From Candidatus Pacearchaeota archaeon (GTDB lineage: Archaea > Nanobdellota > Nanobdellia > Pacearchaeales > UBA284), in assembly GCA_026016245.1 (NCBI GenBank), contig CP061211.1, forward strand, positions 270,679 to 294,678: a stretch of 24,000 nt of DNA, in the 5' to 3' direction. Made by a program: the position numbers and the translations under genes. The notes below the pieces were generated by a model that made no database searches, was not told the origin of the DNA, and was given only the letters and a program-made list of their open reading frames with translations. Positions 12,798 to 19,553 of the stretch are shown in pieces (the stretch's first letter is position 1; every line of letters begins with the position of its first letter).

Positions 12798-14182
12798 TTT
12801 AATTTTTTATATACCAAGGATAAAAATTCATCAAAAATTTTTTTATACCTTGGATGTTTTTTGATGAATTTAGAAATTCTCTTTTTATATTCTTCAGAGA
12901 AATAAAAAGTCCTTGACATCTCTCCTTGTATTTCTTTTAATTCGTTACCGCTAAAACAGGGATGGTTGAAAACTAAGTGATTTACATCATACTTTGACTT
13001 ATCCTTTTCAATTAAAAATCCTTTTTCTCTTATTATTTTGTGATCCAATGTTCCTGGAAAAGGAGTATAAATTGGAAAGGAAGCTATATGAATATTATAA
13101 TAAGGCAGTCTATTCATGGTTTCTTTTATCTGCTCTCTAGTTTCCTTAGGCCATCCAATAATTAAGAAAGTTTCACTAAGAATTCCTATTTCTGACGAAT
13201 AGTTCAAAATTTCTTGTATTTTATTTGAAGGACATAATTTTTTTGTTTCTTTCTTGATCCATGGGGGTTGTAGTATATTCTCTAATCCCCAACTTATCTT
13301 TACGCAACCCGCTTGCTTCATCTTTTTTAATAAACCATAACTTATGTTTCTAAACCCAGAAAGAATAGTCCAATAAATATTGAGATTTTCTTGGATTAAA
13401 CTATCACACAATTCTTCTACTTTTTTAGGATTTAGAGTCATATTTAAATCTGTAAAGAAGATATAATTTATTCCAAAATTTTCTTTTAGATTTTTAAGTT
13501 GCCTTGTTATTGTCTCTGGTTTTCTATAAATGATTTTTCTACCTAAGACATTTGGGGAAGCACAAAAACTACAATTAAAAGTGCATCCCCTAGAGTATTC
13601 TAAAAAAGCTGTTTTTCTCTTTTTTGTTGGTGGATAAGACAAATAAGTAGATTTTTGTTTGAAGATCTTCTCTGTTCTAAATGGGTCTGGTAATTTATCT
13701 AAATTTTCTATCCTTTGCCTTCTTGGATTAACAACAATCCCTTCCCCTAAAAAAGCAATACCTTTTATCTTTTCATAATCTTTATTTTTTTCAATAGATG
13801 TTAATAATTCTCTGAATGTTTCTTCACCCTCCCCAAGAATAGCAAAATCAAACCCTTCTTTGATAATAGAAGGCTCTGCTGAGGGATGGTAGCCTCCAAC
13901 GATAGATATTAGATTGGATTTTATTTTTTTTAATTCTTTATTAAATTTTAGGTAAAAATCAATTCTATTTGTTGTACTTGAATATAAAATAATATTTGGA
14001 TTAAAAGCAATTATTTCTTCCATATCTTTTGTGTCTTTTGGAATGAATAAATCAACTTCATGTCCTTGACCTTGGGCTACAGCTAAAATACATTCTAGAC
14101 CTAAAGGCTCATCTAAACCCCTAATTACTTCTTCAATTGTTTCTATATCCTCATGAATTTTGTAAACTCCAGCAACTTTCAT
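12794..14182 (-). CDS. B12-binding-domain radical SAM enzyme (class B radical SAM)
   Basis: 462-aa ORF. The N-terminal Rossmann-like, cobalamin-binding-type domain includes LGLECILAVAQGQGHEVDLF...SIVGGYHPS...ILGEGEETF. The radical SAM cluster motif is YSRGCTFNCSFCASP (CxxxCxxC). The rest is TIM-barrel-like (FFTDLNMT, ISWGLEN). Confidence 0.85.
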   Translation of the reverse strand: MKVAGVYKIHEDIETIEEVIRGLDEPLGLECILAVAQGQGHEVDLFIPKDTKDMEEIIAFNPNIILYSSTTNRIDFYLKFNKELKKIKSNLISIVGGYHPSAEPSIIKEGFDFAILGEGEETFRELLTSIEKNKDYEKIKGIAFLGEGIVVNPRRQRIENLDKLPDPFRTEKIFKQKSTYLSYPPTKKRKTAFLEYSRGCTFNCSFCASPNVLGRKIIYRKPETITRQLKNLKENFGINYIFFTDLNMTLNPKKVEELCDSLIQENLNIYWTILSGFRNISYGLLKKMKQAGCVKISWGLENILQPPWIKKETKKLCPSNKIQEILNYSSEIGILSETFLIIGWPKETREQIKETMNRLPYYNIHIASFPIYTPFPGTLDHKIIREKGFLIEKDKSKYDVNHLVFNHPCFSGNELKEIQGEMSRTFYFSEEYKKRISKFIKKHPRYKKIFDEFLSLVYKKLK

Positions 14183-14222
14183 TTTATCTACTTCTTAGTG
14201 ATATTTGTTTTTATTTTATTGC

Positions 14223-14238
14223 TCTCCAATATTGGAGA
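14223..14238. promoter_or_regulatory. Perfect 16-bp palindrome TCTCCAATATTGGAGA between divergent promoters; candidate TrmB-family operator
   Basis: The sequence is exactly self-complementary across 14223-14238. It lies 4 nt upstream of the trmB-like TATA box (14243-14250). On its other side is the A/T-rich putative TATA of the radical SAM operon (about 14207-14220). Confidence 0.5.
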
Positions 14239-14242
14239 AAAA

Positions 14243-14250
14243 TTTAAAAA
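14243..14250 (+). promoter_or_regulatory. TATA box (tttaaaaa) for the TrmB-family regulator gene
   Basis: There are 21 nt between the element and ATG 14272. Confidence 0.6.
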
Positions 14251-14271
14251 CTAGGAGAAGATTAAAGAAAT

Positions 14272-15033
14272 ATGGAAGAATTTATTAAAGCCCTAATGAA
14301 AACAGGACTAACAAAAGCTGAATCAAAAGTTTATTTTTACTTAGTTGGTGTTTCTCAGTCAACTAGTGGAGATGTCATAAAAAATACGGGACTGCAAAGC
14401 TCAACAGTATATCATGTGGTCAACACCTTAATAGATAAGGGGCTTGTTTCTTACACATTAAAAAATAACATAAAATACTTTCAAGTGACTGGTTTAAGTA
14501 ATTTGATAAATTATTTAGATGGTCTAAAAGAAGAGATAAAAAGCTCTAAGAAAAAATTGAATAGATTATTTGCTGAAATTAAAAAATCTGAAAAAAAGGA
14601 AATTTACGAAGTAAAGGTCTTTGAAGGATGGAATGGAGTATGGAATGCATTTGAAGAATGTTTAGAAAAAACTAATAAAAAAGAACCTATTTTGATATAT
14701 ACCCTTAGCAAATATGTGGGGGCTGATCCAAATATGGCGAAGGCTTTAATAAATAGAATAAGAAATAAGAGATTAAAAAGAAAACTTTACGAGAAAATTA
14801 TTATTAATGAATCTGAAAGAAAAACCCTTGGCAGAGACCATGAAAAATTGCCTTATACTCAAATAAAATATTTGCCTGAAAATTTATCAAATCCAGCTAT
14901 AGTCCACATTTATAGTGATAGGGTTTTAATTGTGATTTCATCTAAAAAACCTATTGCAACTATGATAAAAGATAGGTTTGTTGTTGAGAGTTTTAGAAAT
15001 AACTTTAAATTATTATGGAAAATAGCTAAATAA
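14272..15033 (+). CDS. TrmB-family transcriptional regulator
   Basis: 253-aa ORF. The N-terminal winged HTH is typical of the TrmB family (LMKTGLTKAESKVYFYLVGVSQSTSGDVIKNTGLQSSTVYHVVNTLIDKGLVSY). A coiled-coil linker follows (LDGLKEEIKSSKKKLNRLFAEIKK), then a C-terminal effector-type domain. Confidence 0.8.
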   Translation: MEEFIKALMKTGLTKAESKVYFYLVGVSQSTSGDVIKNTGLQSSTVYHVVNTLIDKGLVSYTLKNNIKYFQVTGLSNLINYLDGLKEEIKSSKKKLNRLFAEIKKSEKKEIYEVKVFEGWNGVWNAFEECLEKTNKKEPILIYTLSKYVGADPNMAKALINRIRNKRLKRKLYEKIIINESERKTLGRDHEKLPYTQIKYLPENLSNPAIVHIYSDRVLIVISSKKPIATMIKDRFVVESFRNNFKLLWKIAK

Positions 15034-15109
15034 TCTAGTAAAAAGATATAAATATCAAAAACTATTTATGCATTTATAAAGTCAGAAAATAAAATGATAA
15101 GTACGATAA

Positions 15110-15655
15110 ATGGATAAAAAGCGAAGTAAGATGAATAAAAAAGCTCAATTTTTCATTATTTTTGCAGTAATTCTTGGGATAATAATTCTAAGCCTGGCAA
15201 CAATATTCAATACAATAATAAAGACTGGAAGAGAAGAAACAGCTCCTAAGAAATTTGCTCTGATGTGTAAAAATTACAAAGAGGAGGTTTTCAGAGTCAG
15301 TGAACATGCAATAAACACAAGCAACAAGAGTGGGGAAGCTGGCTTGATTCTTGATTTCACTAAAGAATTTATGAGTTATGCAGAAAAAACTGATCCTAAT
15401 TTTGGCCTTGTTTATGTTTATGGTAATAATAATTATGTAAATATTTTGGATGCAACAGATTATGAAATTGTTGTTGAGGATTATGATAATTGGCAGTCAT
15501 TAAATGGTTATAGATTTATAGAGATTATTGGACCAGTAGATAAAATAATTTTATCAAGTGAGAAAGTTAATAAACAATATGAAATTGACAATAATGAAAA
15601 GTTTTGGTTTATAGCCTTGACAGAAAAAGATGGTGAAGAATATGTTTGTGAATAA
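15110..15655 (+). CDS. Class III signal-peptide (archaeal type IV pilin-like) protein, paralog 1
   Basis: 181-aa ORF. The N-terminus MDKKRSKMNKKA|QFFIIFAVILGIIILSLATIF has a basic stretch, a small residue, then a hydrophobic helix, giving a prepilin-peptidase-type site. An alternative start is at 15131. It has two Cys and a C-terminal EKDGEEYVCE motif shared with the downstream paralogs. Confidence 0.65.
   Translation: MDKKRSKMNKKAQFFIIFAVILGIIILSLATIFNTIIKTGREETAPKKFALMCKNYKEEVFRVSEHAINTSNKSGEAGLILDFTKEFMSYAEKTDPNFGLVYVYGNNNYVNILDATDYEIVVEDYDNWQSLNGYRFIEIIGPVDKIILSSEKVNKQYEIDNNEKFWFIALTEKDGEEYVCE
15635..15652 (+). repeat. 18-nt exact repeat, copy 1 (gaagaatatgtttgtgaa), spanning the pilin 1 C-terminus and the pilin 2 start codon
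   Basis: Identical to 16600-16617. It encodes EEYVCE in the frame of paralog 1 and contains the ATG (15642) of paralog 2. Confidence 0.9.
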
Positions 15656-16163
15656 AAAAGAAAATAAGAAAGGCATTAGTATCCTTGTTTCTTATGTTCT
15701 GCTCATCACCTTAGCTATAGCTCTTGCAGCAGCCACATATACATTCTTGAGAACCTATGCAGAAAAACCACTCCCAGAAGAAGGCTGTCCTGAAGGAACT
15801 AACATAGTTATTGAAAATTATACTTGTGAAGATGATGGAATCAATATAACAATAAAAAATCGTGGTTTGTTTAATGTTACAGGAGTTTTTATTAAAATTG
15901 GTAATGAAACAGACAGTGAATTTTTATATGATTTTTTAGAGATAAGTCCTGACTGTACAGGCAAACCAAGATGTGTTATTTGTGACAGAGATCCTTGTTT
16001 TGCCCCTAATGAAGAATTTTATCCAGAAAGTCCTTTTAGTTATTCATCTTTTAATAAAATAACAAGAATAGTGGTTATTCCATATAGGGCAGGAGAGCCT
16101 TATGCCACTCTATGCAAGAATGCTATCGCTAGTCTAGATATCCCAGAGGGAGCATGTGAATAA
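15642..16163 (+). CDS. Archaeal type IV pilin N-terminal domain protein, paralog 2 (Cys-rich)
   Basis: Start set at ATG 15642 (MFVNKKENKKG|ISILVSYVLLITLAIALAAA), which overlaps the paralog 1 stop region by 14 nt. It has eight Cys and four N-x-S/T sequons (NYT, NIT, NVT, NET). The C-terminus is IPEGACE. Confidence 0.75.
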   Translation: MFVNKKENKKGISILVSYVLLITLAIALAAATYTFLRTYAEKPLPEEGCPEGTNIVIENYTCEDDGINITIKNRGLFNVTGVFIKIGNETDSEFLYDFLEISPDCTGKPRCVICDRDPCFAPNEEFYPESPFSYSSFNKITRIVVIPYRAGEPYATLCKNAIASLDIPEGACE

Positions 16164-16203
16164 TTTGGATAAAATATTTAAATCCAAAAATCAACTAAGT
16201 AAT

Positions 16204-16644
16204 ATGAGGAAAAAAGATAAAAAAGGAATTTCTCCAGTTGTTGCAACTGTCCTGCTTATAGTTGTCGCAATAGCACTTTTTTTGCTTATTTTTATGTGGC
16301 TTCGTGGTTTTCAAAAGGAAGCTATAACAAAAGATGGCACACCAATAGAATTAGTATGTAATGAAATCAATTTTGATATTTCTTATAATAGTGTTATAGA
16401 AACATTACAAGTAGTTAATATGGGGGATTATCCTATTCATAGAGCAGAGATTTATCGTGTGACTGAAACAAGTACAACTAAATTGGGGGATATTTCTGGA
16501 ATAACTCCTGGTACAACTGGAATAATAAGTGGAATAGCATGTATGGAACAAATAAAAGTTATTCCTGTTTTGCTTGGAATAACTAAATCTGGAGCTCAAG
16601 AAGAATATGTTTGTGAAAACCAAGCACAAACCATTTCATGTTAA
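16204..16644 (+). CDS. Archaeal type IV pilin N-terminal domain protein, paralog 3
   Basis: Start set at ATG 16204. MRKKDKKG|ISPVVATVLLIVVAIALFLLIF is the classical archaeal pilin N-terminus (KKGISPVIATVLLI type). The track's 16156 start is a GTG extension. It has four Cys, and the C-terminus is QEEYVCENQAQTISC. Confidence 0.85.
   Translation: MRKKDKKGISPVVATVLLIVVAIALFLLIFMWLRGFQKEAITKDGTPIELVCNEINFDISYNSVIETLQVVNMGDYPIHRAEIYRVTETSTTKLGDISGITPGTTGIISGIACMEQIKVIPVLLGITKSGAQEEYVCENQAQTISC
16600..16617 (+). repeat. 18-nt exact repeat, copy 2 (gaagaatatgtttgtgaa), in the pilin 3 C-terminus
   Basis: Identical to 15635-15652. It encodes EEYVCE in paralog 3. Here the embedded ATG (16607) opens only a 16-codon relic ORF. 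Confidence 0.9.
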
Positions 16645-16669
16645 AAAATTATACTAAAAGAGGTAAAAA

Positions 16670-17152
16670 ATGAAAAATAAAAAAGGAATTGAACCTGTGA
16701 TTGCAACAGTTTTGCTTATAGTGATCACAATTGTTGTTGTGGCTTTAGTTATTGCTTTTGTAGTGCCTTTTGTACAAGAACAAATGAAGGGAGCAGAATT
16801 GTGTTATGGGGCTAGAGTTGAAATCAAAGAAGCTTGTTTCAATTACACAGATAGTCATTTAGTAATAAGGATTGGTCGTGGAGCAGAAGATTTTGAACTT
16901 GTAGGTATTGTAGTACAAGCCTCAGTAGCAGAAGTAACCAAAACCCATATTCTGAAAGAAGATACAGATTATGGAGATGGGCTACCAAAAGTTTTAGAGG
17001 AGATCCAATATAAAATACCTTTAACTGCATTTGATATTGCAGACAATATAAATATAACTTCAGTTGCAATTTCTCCAGTAGTTAAGAGTGGAGTTACAGA
17101 AAAAACTTGTGAGATTACTTCACAGATGACTATCAGTATATGTCCTGAGTAA
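16670..17152 (+). CDS. Archaeal type IV pilin N-terminal domain protein, paralog 4
   Basis: The N-terminus is MKNKKG|IEPVIATVLLIVITIVVVALVIAF. A GAGGT Shine-Dalgarno sequence lies upstream. It has four Cys, and the C-terminus is TEKTCEITSQMTISICPE. Confidence 0.85.
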   Translation: MKNKKGIEPVIATVLLIVITIVVVALVIAFVVPFVQEQMKGAELCYGARVEIKEACFNYTDSHLVIRIGRGAEDFELVGIVVQASVAEVTKTHILKEDTDYGDGLPKVLEEIQYKIPLTAFDIADNINITSVAISPVVKSGVTEKTCEITSQMTISICPE

Positions 17153-17159
17153 ATAGAAA

Positions 17160-17672
17160 ATGAAAAAACAAGCAGTAGTTTGGGTTTCTACAGTTCTTTA
17201 TATTTTAATTAGTCTGGCTATCCTTGGTATTGTGTTAGCAGCTGTACAGCCAAGGATTAAAGCAGCAAGAGATAAGGCAGCTATAGACCAGACAGTAAAC
17301 ATGTTGAATGAGCTTGATCAAAAGATAATTGAAGTGGATAGTTCAGCAGAAGGAAATGTCAGATCAATAAGCTTGCAGCTGAAAAGAGGTATTCTTATAA
17401 TTGATAAGGATGAAGATGAAATAAAATGGACTCTTGAAGACTCCTCCTATAAATATAGTGAGCCAGGAACAACAATCATCATTGGTAGAATCAAAGCTCT
17501 CACAGAAGAAGTCCCAGGAGGTTTTAATGTTACTTTAACTTTGGATTATCAAAATAATCTAAACATAACTTCTAGCTTGGTATTGCAGCCTGCTGAAATT
17601 CCATACAAAGTTTTTATGAAAAATGAGGGTTTGTATGAAAAACTTAATCAGATTAAAATTTATTCTACTTAA
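17160..17672 (+). CDS. Class III signal-peptide (pilin-like) protein, paralog 5, Cys-free
   Basis: The N-terminus is MKKQA|VVWVSTVLYILISLAILGIVLAAV, followed by a beta-rich domain with NVT and NIT sequons. The start is 7 nt after the paralog 4 stop. Confidence 0.65.
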   Translation: MKKQAVVWVSTVLYILISLAILGIVLAAVQPRIKAARDKAAIDQTVNMLNELDQKIIEVDSSAEGNVRSISLQLKRGILIIDKDEDEIKWTLEDSSYKYSEPGTTIIIGRIKALTEEVPGGFNVTLTLDYQNNLNITSSLVLQPAEIPYKVFMKNEGLYEKLNQIKIYST

Positions 17673-17680
17673 TAAGAAAA

Positions 17681-17688
17681 TTTAAATA
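17681..17688 (+). promoter_or_regulatory. TATA box (tttaaata) for serS
   Basis: There are 22 nt between the element and ATG 17711. Confidence 0.6.
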
Positions 17689-17710
17689 TAGTTCATTACT
17701 TTTTTTATCT

Positions 17711-19015
17711 ATGCTTGATCCAAAGTTTATTCGAGAAAACTCAAAAGAGGTAAAAGAAGCCATAAAAAACAGGCAGCTTGATCCTAAACTTGTTGATGCT
17801 TTTATTCAAAAAGATAAAAAATATAGAGAGCTAAAACAGAAAGTTGATAATTTAAGATATCAGCGTAATAAGATTTCTGAGGATATTAATCGGCTAAAGA
17901 AGTTAAAAAAAGAGAGTGAAGTAAGGAAAAAAATAAAGGAAGCCAAAGAAATTCCTAATAAAATCAAGAAGATAGAGGATGAAATAAGAAGATTCGAACC
18001 AAATATAAGAAATTTACTTCTTACAATTCCTAATATGCCAGCAAAAGATGTTCCTATAGGTAAAAGTGAGAAAGATAACAAAATAATCAAAAAATATAGT
18101 AAGATACAAAAATTCAAATTTAAAGTTAAAGGCCATGAAGAACTTGCCACAAATTTTGATTTGCTTGATATTGAAAGAGCTGCAAAAGTTTCAGGAGCCC
18201 GCTTTTATTACCTGAAAAATGAGGCTGTGATTCTTGACCACGCTTTACAAAGATTTGCCCTAGATTTTATGAAAAAGAAAGGCTATCAACTTATAGAGCC
18301 TCCCTTTATGTTAAAAAAAAGACCTTATGAAGGGGTTGCTCATCTAGAAACTTTCGGGGAAATGCTGTATAAAATTCAAGATGAAGATCTTTATTTAATA
18401 GCAACAGCAGAACATCCTCTTGCTGTTTATCACATGAATGAAGTTTTAAATAATAAAAACCTTCCAATAAAGTTTGCTGGGATTAGTCCTTGTTTTAGAA
18501 AAGAAGCAGGAAGTCATGGTAGAGATACTAAAGGAATTTTCAGAGTTCATCAATTTAACAAAGTAGAGCAATTTATATTTTGCAAGCCAGAAGAGAGCAA
18601 AAGATTACATAAAGAACTTTTGAAAAATATGGAAGAAATTTATAAGGCATTAAAAATTCCTTATAGAATTGTTGAAATGTGTACAAGTGAGTTGGGAAAA
18701 TTAGCTGCAAAACAATATGATATAGAAGCCTGGTTCCCTGCTCAACAAAATTATAGGGAGATCACTTCTTGTTCTAACTGTACAGATTATCAAGCAAGAA
18801 GATTAAATATAAGATTTTTTGATGAAAACGGAGAGAGAAAATTTGTTCATACACTAAATGCAACAGCCATACCAACACAAAGAACAATAGCTACAATCCT
18901 AGAAAATTATCAGCAGAAAGATGGCAGCATTAAGATTCCTAATGTTCTACAAAAATATTGTGGATTTAAAATAATAAAAGGTAAATCAAAAAAGAAAATA
19001 AAGAAAAAGAAGTGA
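17711..19015 (+). CDS. serS: Seryl-tRNA synthetase (bacterial/common type)
   Basis: 434-aa ORF. The start MLDPKFIRENSKEVKEAIKNR is followed by a long N-terminal coiled-coil arm. Class II motif 2 is FRKEAGSHGRDTKGIFRVHQFNKVEQF and motif 3 is VHTLNATAIPTQRTIATILENYQ. The C-terminus carries a Lys-rich tail. Confidence 0.95.
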   Translation: MLDPKFIRENSKEVKEAIKNRQLDPKLVDAFIQKDKKYRELKQKVDNLRYQRNKISEDINRLKKLKKESEVRKKIKEAKEIPNKIKKIEDEIRRFEPNIRNLLLTIPNMPAKDVPIGKSEKDNKIIKKYSKIQKFKFKVKGHEELATNFDLLDIERAAKVSGARFYYLKNEAVILDHALQRFALDFMKKKGYQLIEPPFMLKKRPYEGVAHLETFGEMLYKIQDEDLYLIATAEHPLAVYHMNEVLNNKNLPIKFAGISPCFRKEAGSHGRDTKGIFRVHQFNKVEQFIFCKPEESKRLHKELLKNMEEIYKALKIPYRIVEMCTSELGKLAAKQYDIEAWFPAQQNYREITSCSNCTDYQARRLNIRFFDENGERKFVHTLNATAIPTQRTIATILENYQQKDGSIKIPNVLQKYCGFKIIKGKSKKKIKKKK

Positions 19016-19016
19016 A

Positions 19017-19024
19017 AGGAGGTG
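19017..19024 (+). promoter_or_regulatory. Shine-Dalgarno sequence (aggaggtg) for the internal operon gene 19029..19433
   Basis: The GGAGG core (19018-19022) is 6 nt before ATG 19029, immediately after the serS stop (19013-19015). This contrasts with the SD-less first genes of the operons. Confidence 0.7.
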
Positions 19025-19028
19025 TGAA

Positions 19029-19433
19029 ATGAAAAAATCTACAGCTGAATTATGGGTGAAGATTATTGCTATTCTTGGATTTATTGGAGCAGTATTAGCA
19101 GTTATCGCTGGAATTGCTATGTTAATAGGTGGAAGCTTCTTGCCAGCTATTTTTCCTTACTTTGAACAAGAAGCATGGGGAGGAGTAATTGTTGGCGGTG
19201 TTTTAGTATTTGTTGGAATATTAATCATGGCATTCGGAGTTTTTGAGTTTATTGTGGCTCTAAATCTTTGGCAACATAAGAATTGGGCAAGAATAATAAT
19301 GATGATATTTGCAGTTTTAGGAATAATTTCTGGATTAATAGCTCTACCAGGAGGAATAGTAAGCTTAGTGATTTATGGGGGAATCTTCTATCTGCTTGTC
19401 TTGAACAAGGATATCATAAAACTTTTCCGTTAA
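19029..19433 (+). CDS. Small integral membrane protein (four predicted TM helices), function unknown
   Basis: 134-aa ORF with four long hydrophobic segments (ILGFIGAVLAVIAGIAMLIGG, VIVGGVLVFVGILIMAFGVFEFIV, IIMMIFAVLGIISGLIAL, VSLVIYGGIFYLLVL). A strong SD suggests co-transcription with serS. Confidence 0.6.
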   Translation: MKKSTAELWVKIIAILGFIGAVLAVIAGIAMLIGGSFLPAIFPYFEQEAWGGVIVGGVLVFVGILIMAFGVFEFIVALNLWQHKNWARIIMMIFAVLGIISGLIALPGGIVSLVIYGGIFYLLVLNKDIIKLFR

Positions 19434-19436
19434 ATC

Positions 19437-19470
19437 TTTGTTTTTTATTTTTTAATTTTTCTTTTTATTT
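19437..19470 (+). terminator. Cluster of oligo-T runs; probable archaeal intrinsic terminator of the serS operon
   Basis: ctttgttttttattttttaatttttctttttattt contains several T5-T6 runs directly after the stop at 19433. The next promoter is at 19524. Confidence 0.5.
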
Positions 19471-19523
19471 TCCTATTTTAATTCTTTATTATTACTATTC
19501 CTAAATGACTAAAATTCGGACAT

Positions 19524-19531
19524 TTTAAATA
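19524..19531 (+). promoter_or_regulatory. TATA box (tttaaata) for the M23 peptidase gene
   Basis: There are 22 nt between the element and ATG 19554. Confidence 0.6.
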
Positions 19532-19553
19532 TCCCCATTTCTTACTATATAAA

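Noticed and set aside
16156-16203. GTG-initiated 16-codon extension of pilin paralog 3
   Set aside because: Class III signal peptides are short. ATG 16204 gives MRKKDKKG|ISPVVATVLL, matching paralog 4. The extension is probably just open frame after the paralog 2 stop. It cannot be fully excluded.
16607-16657. 16-codon ORF MFVKTKHKPFHVKKLY starting at the ATG inside repeat copy 2
   Set aside because: It is too short and has no hydrophobic pilin helix. It is interpreted as a relic of a former overlapping start, not a gene (see the repeat finding).
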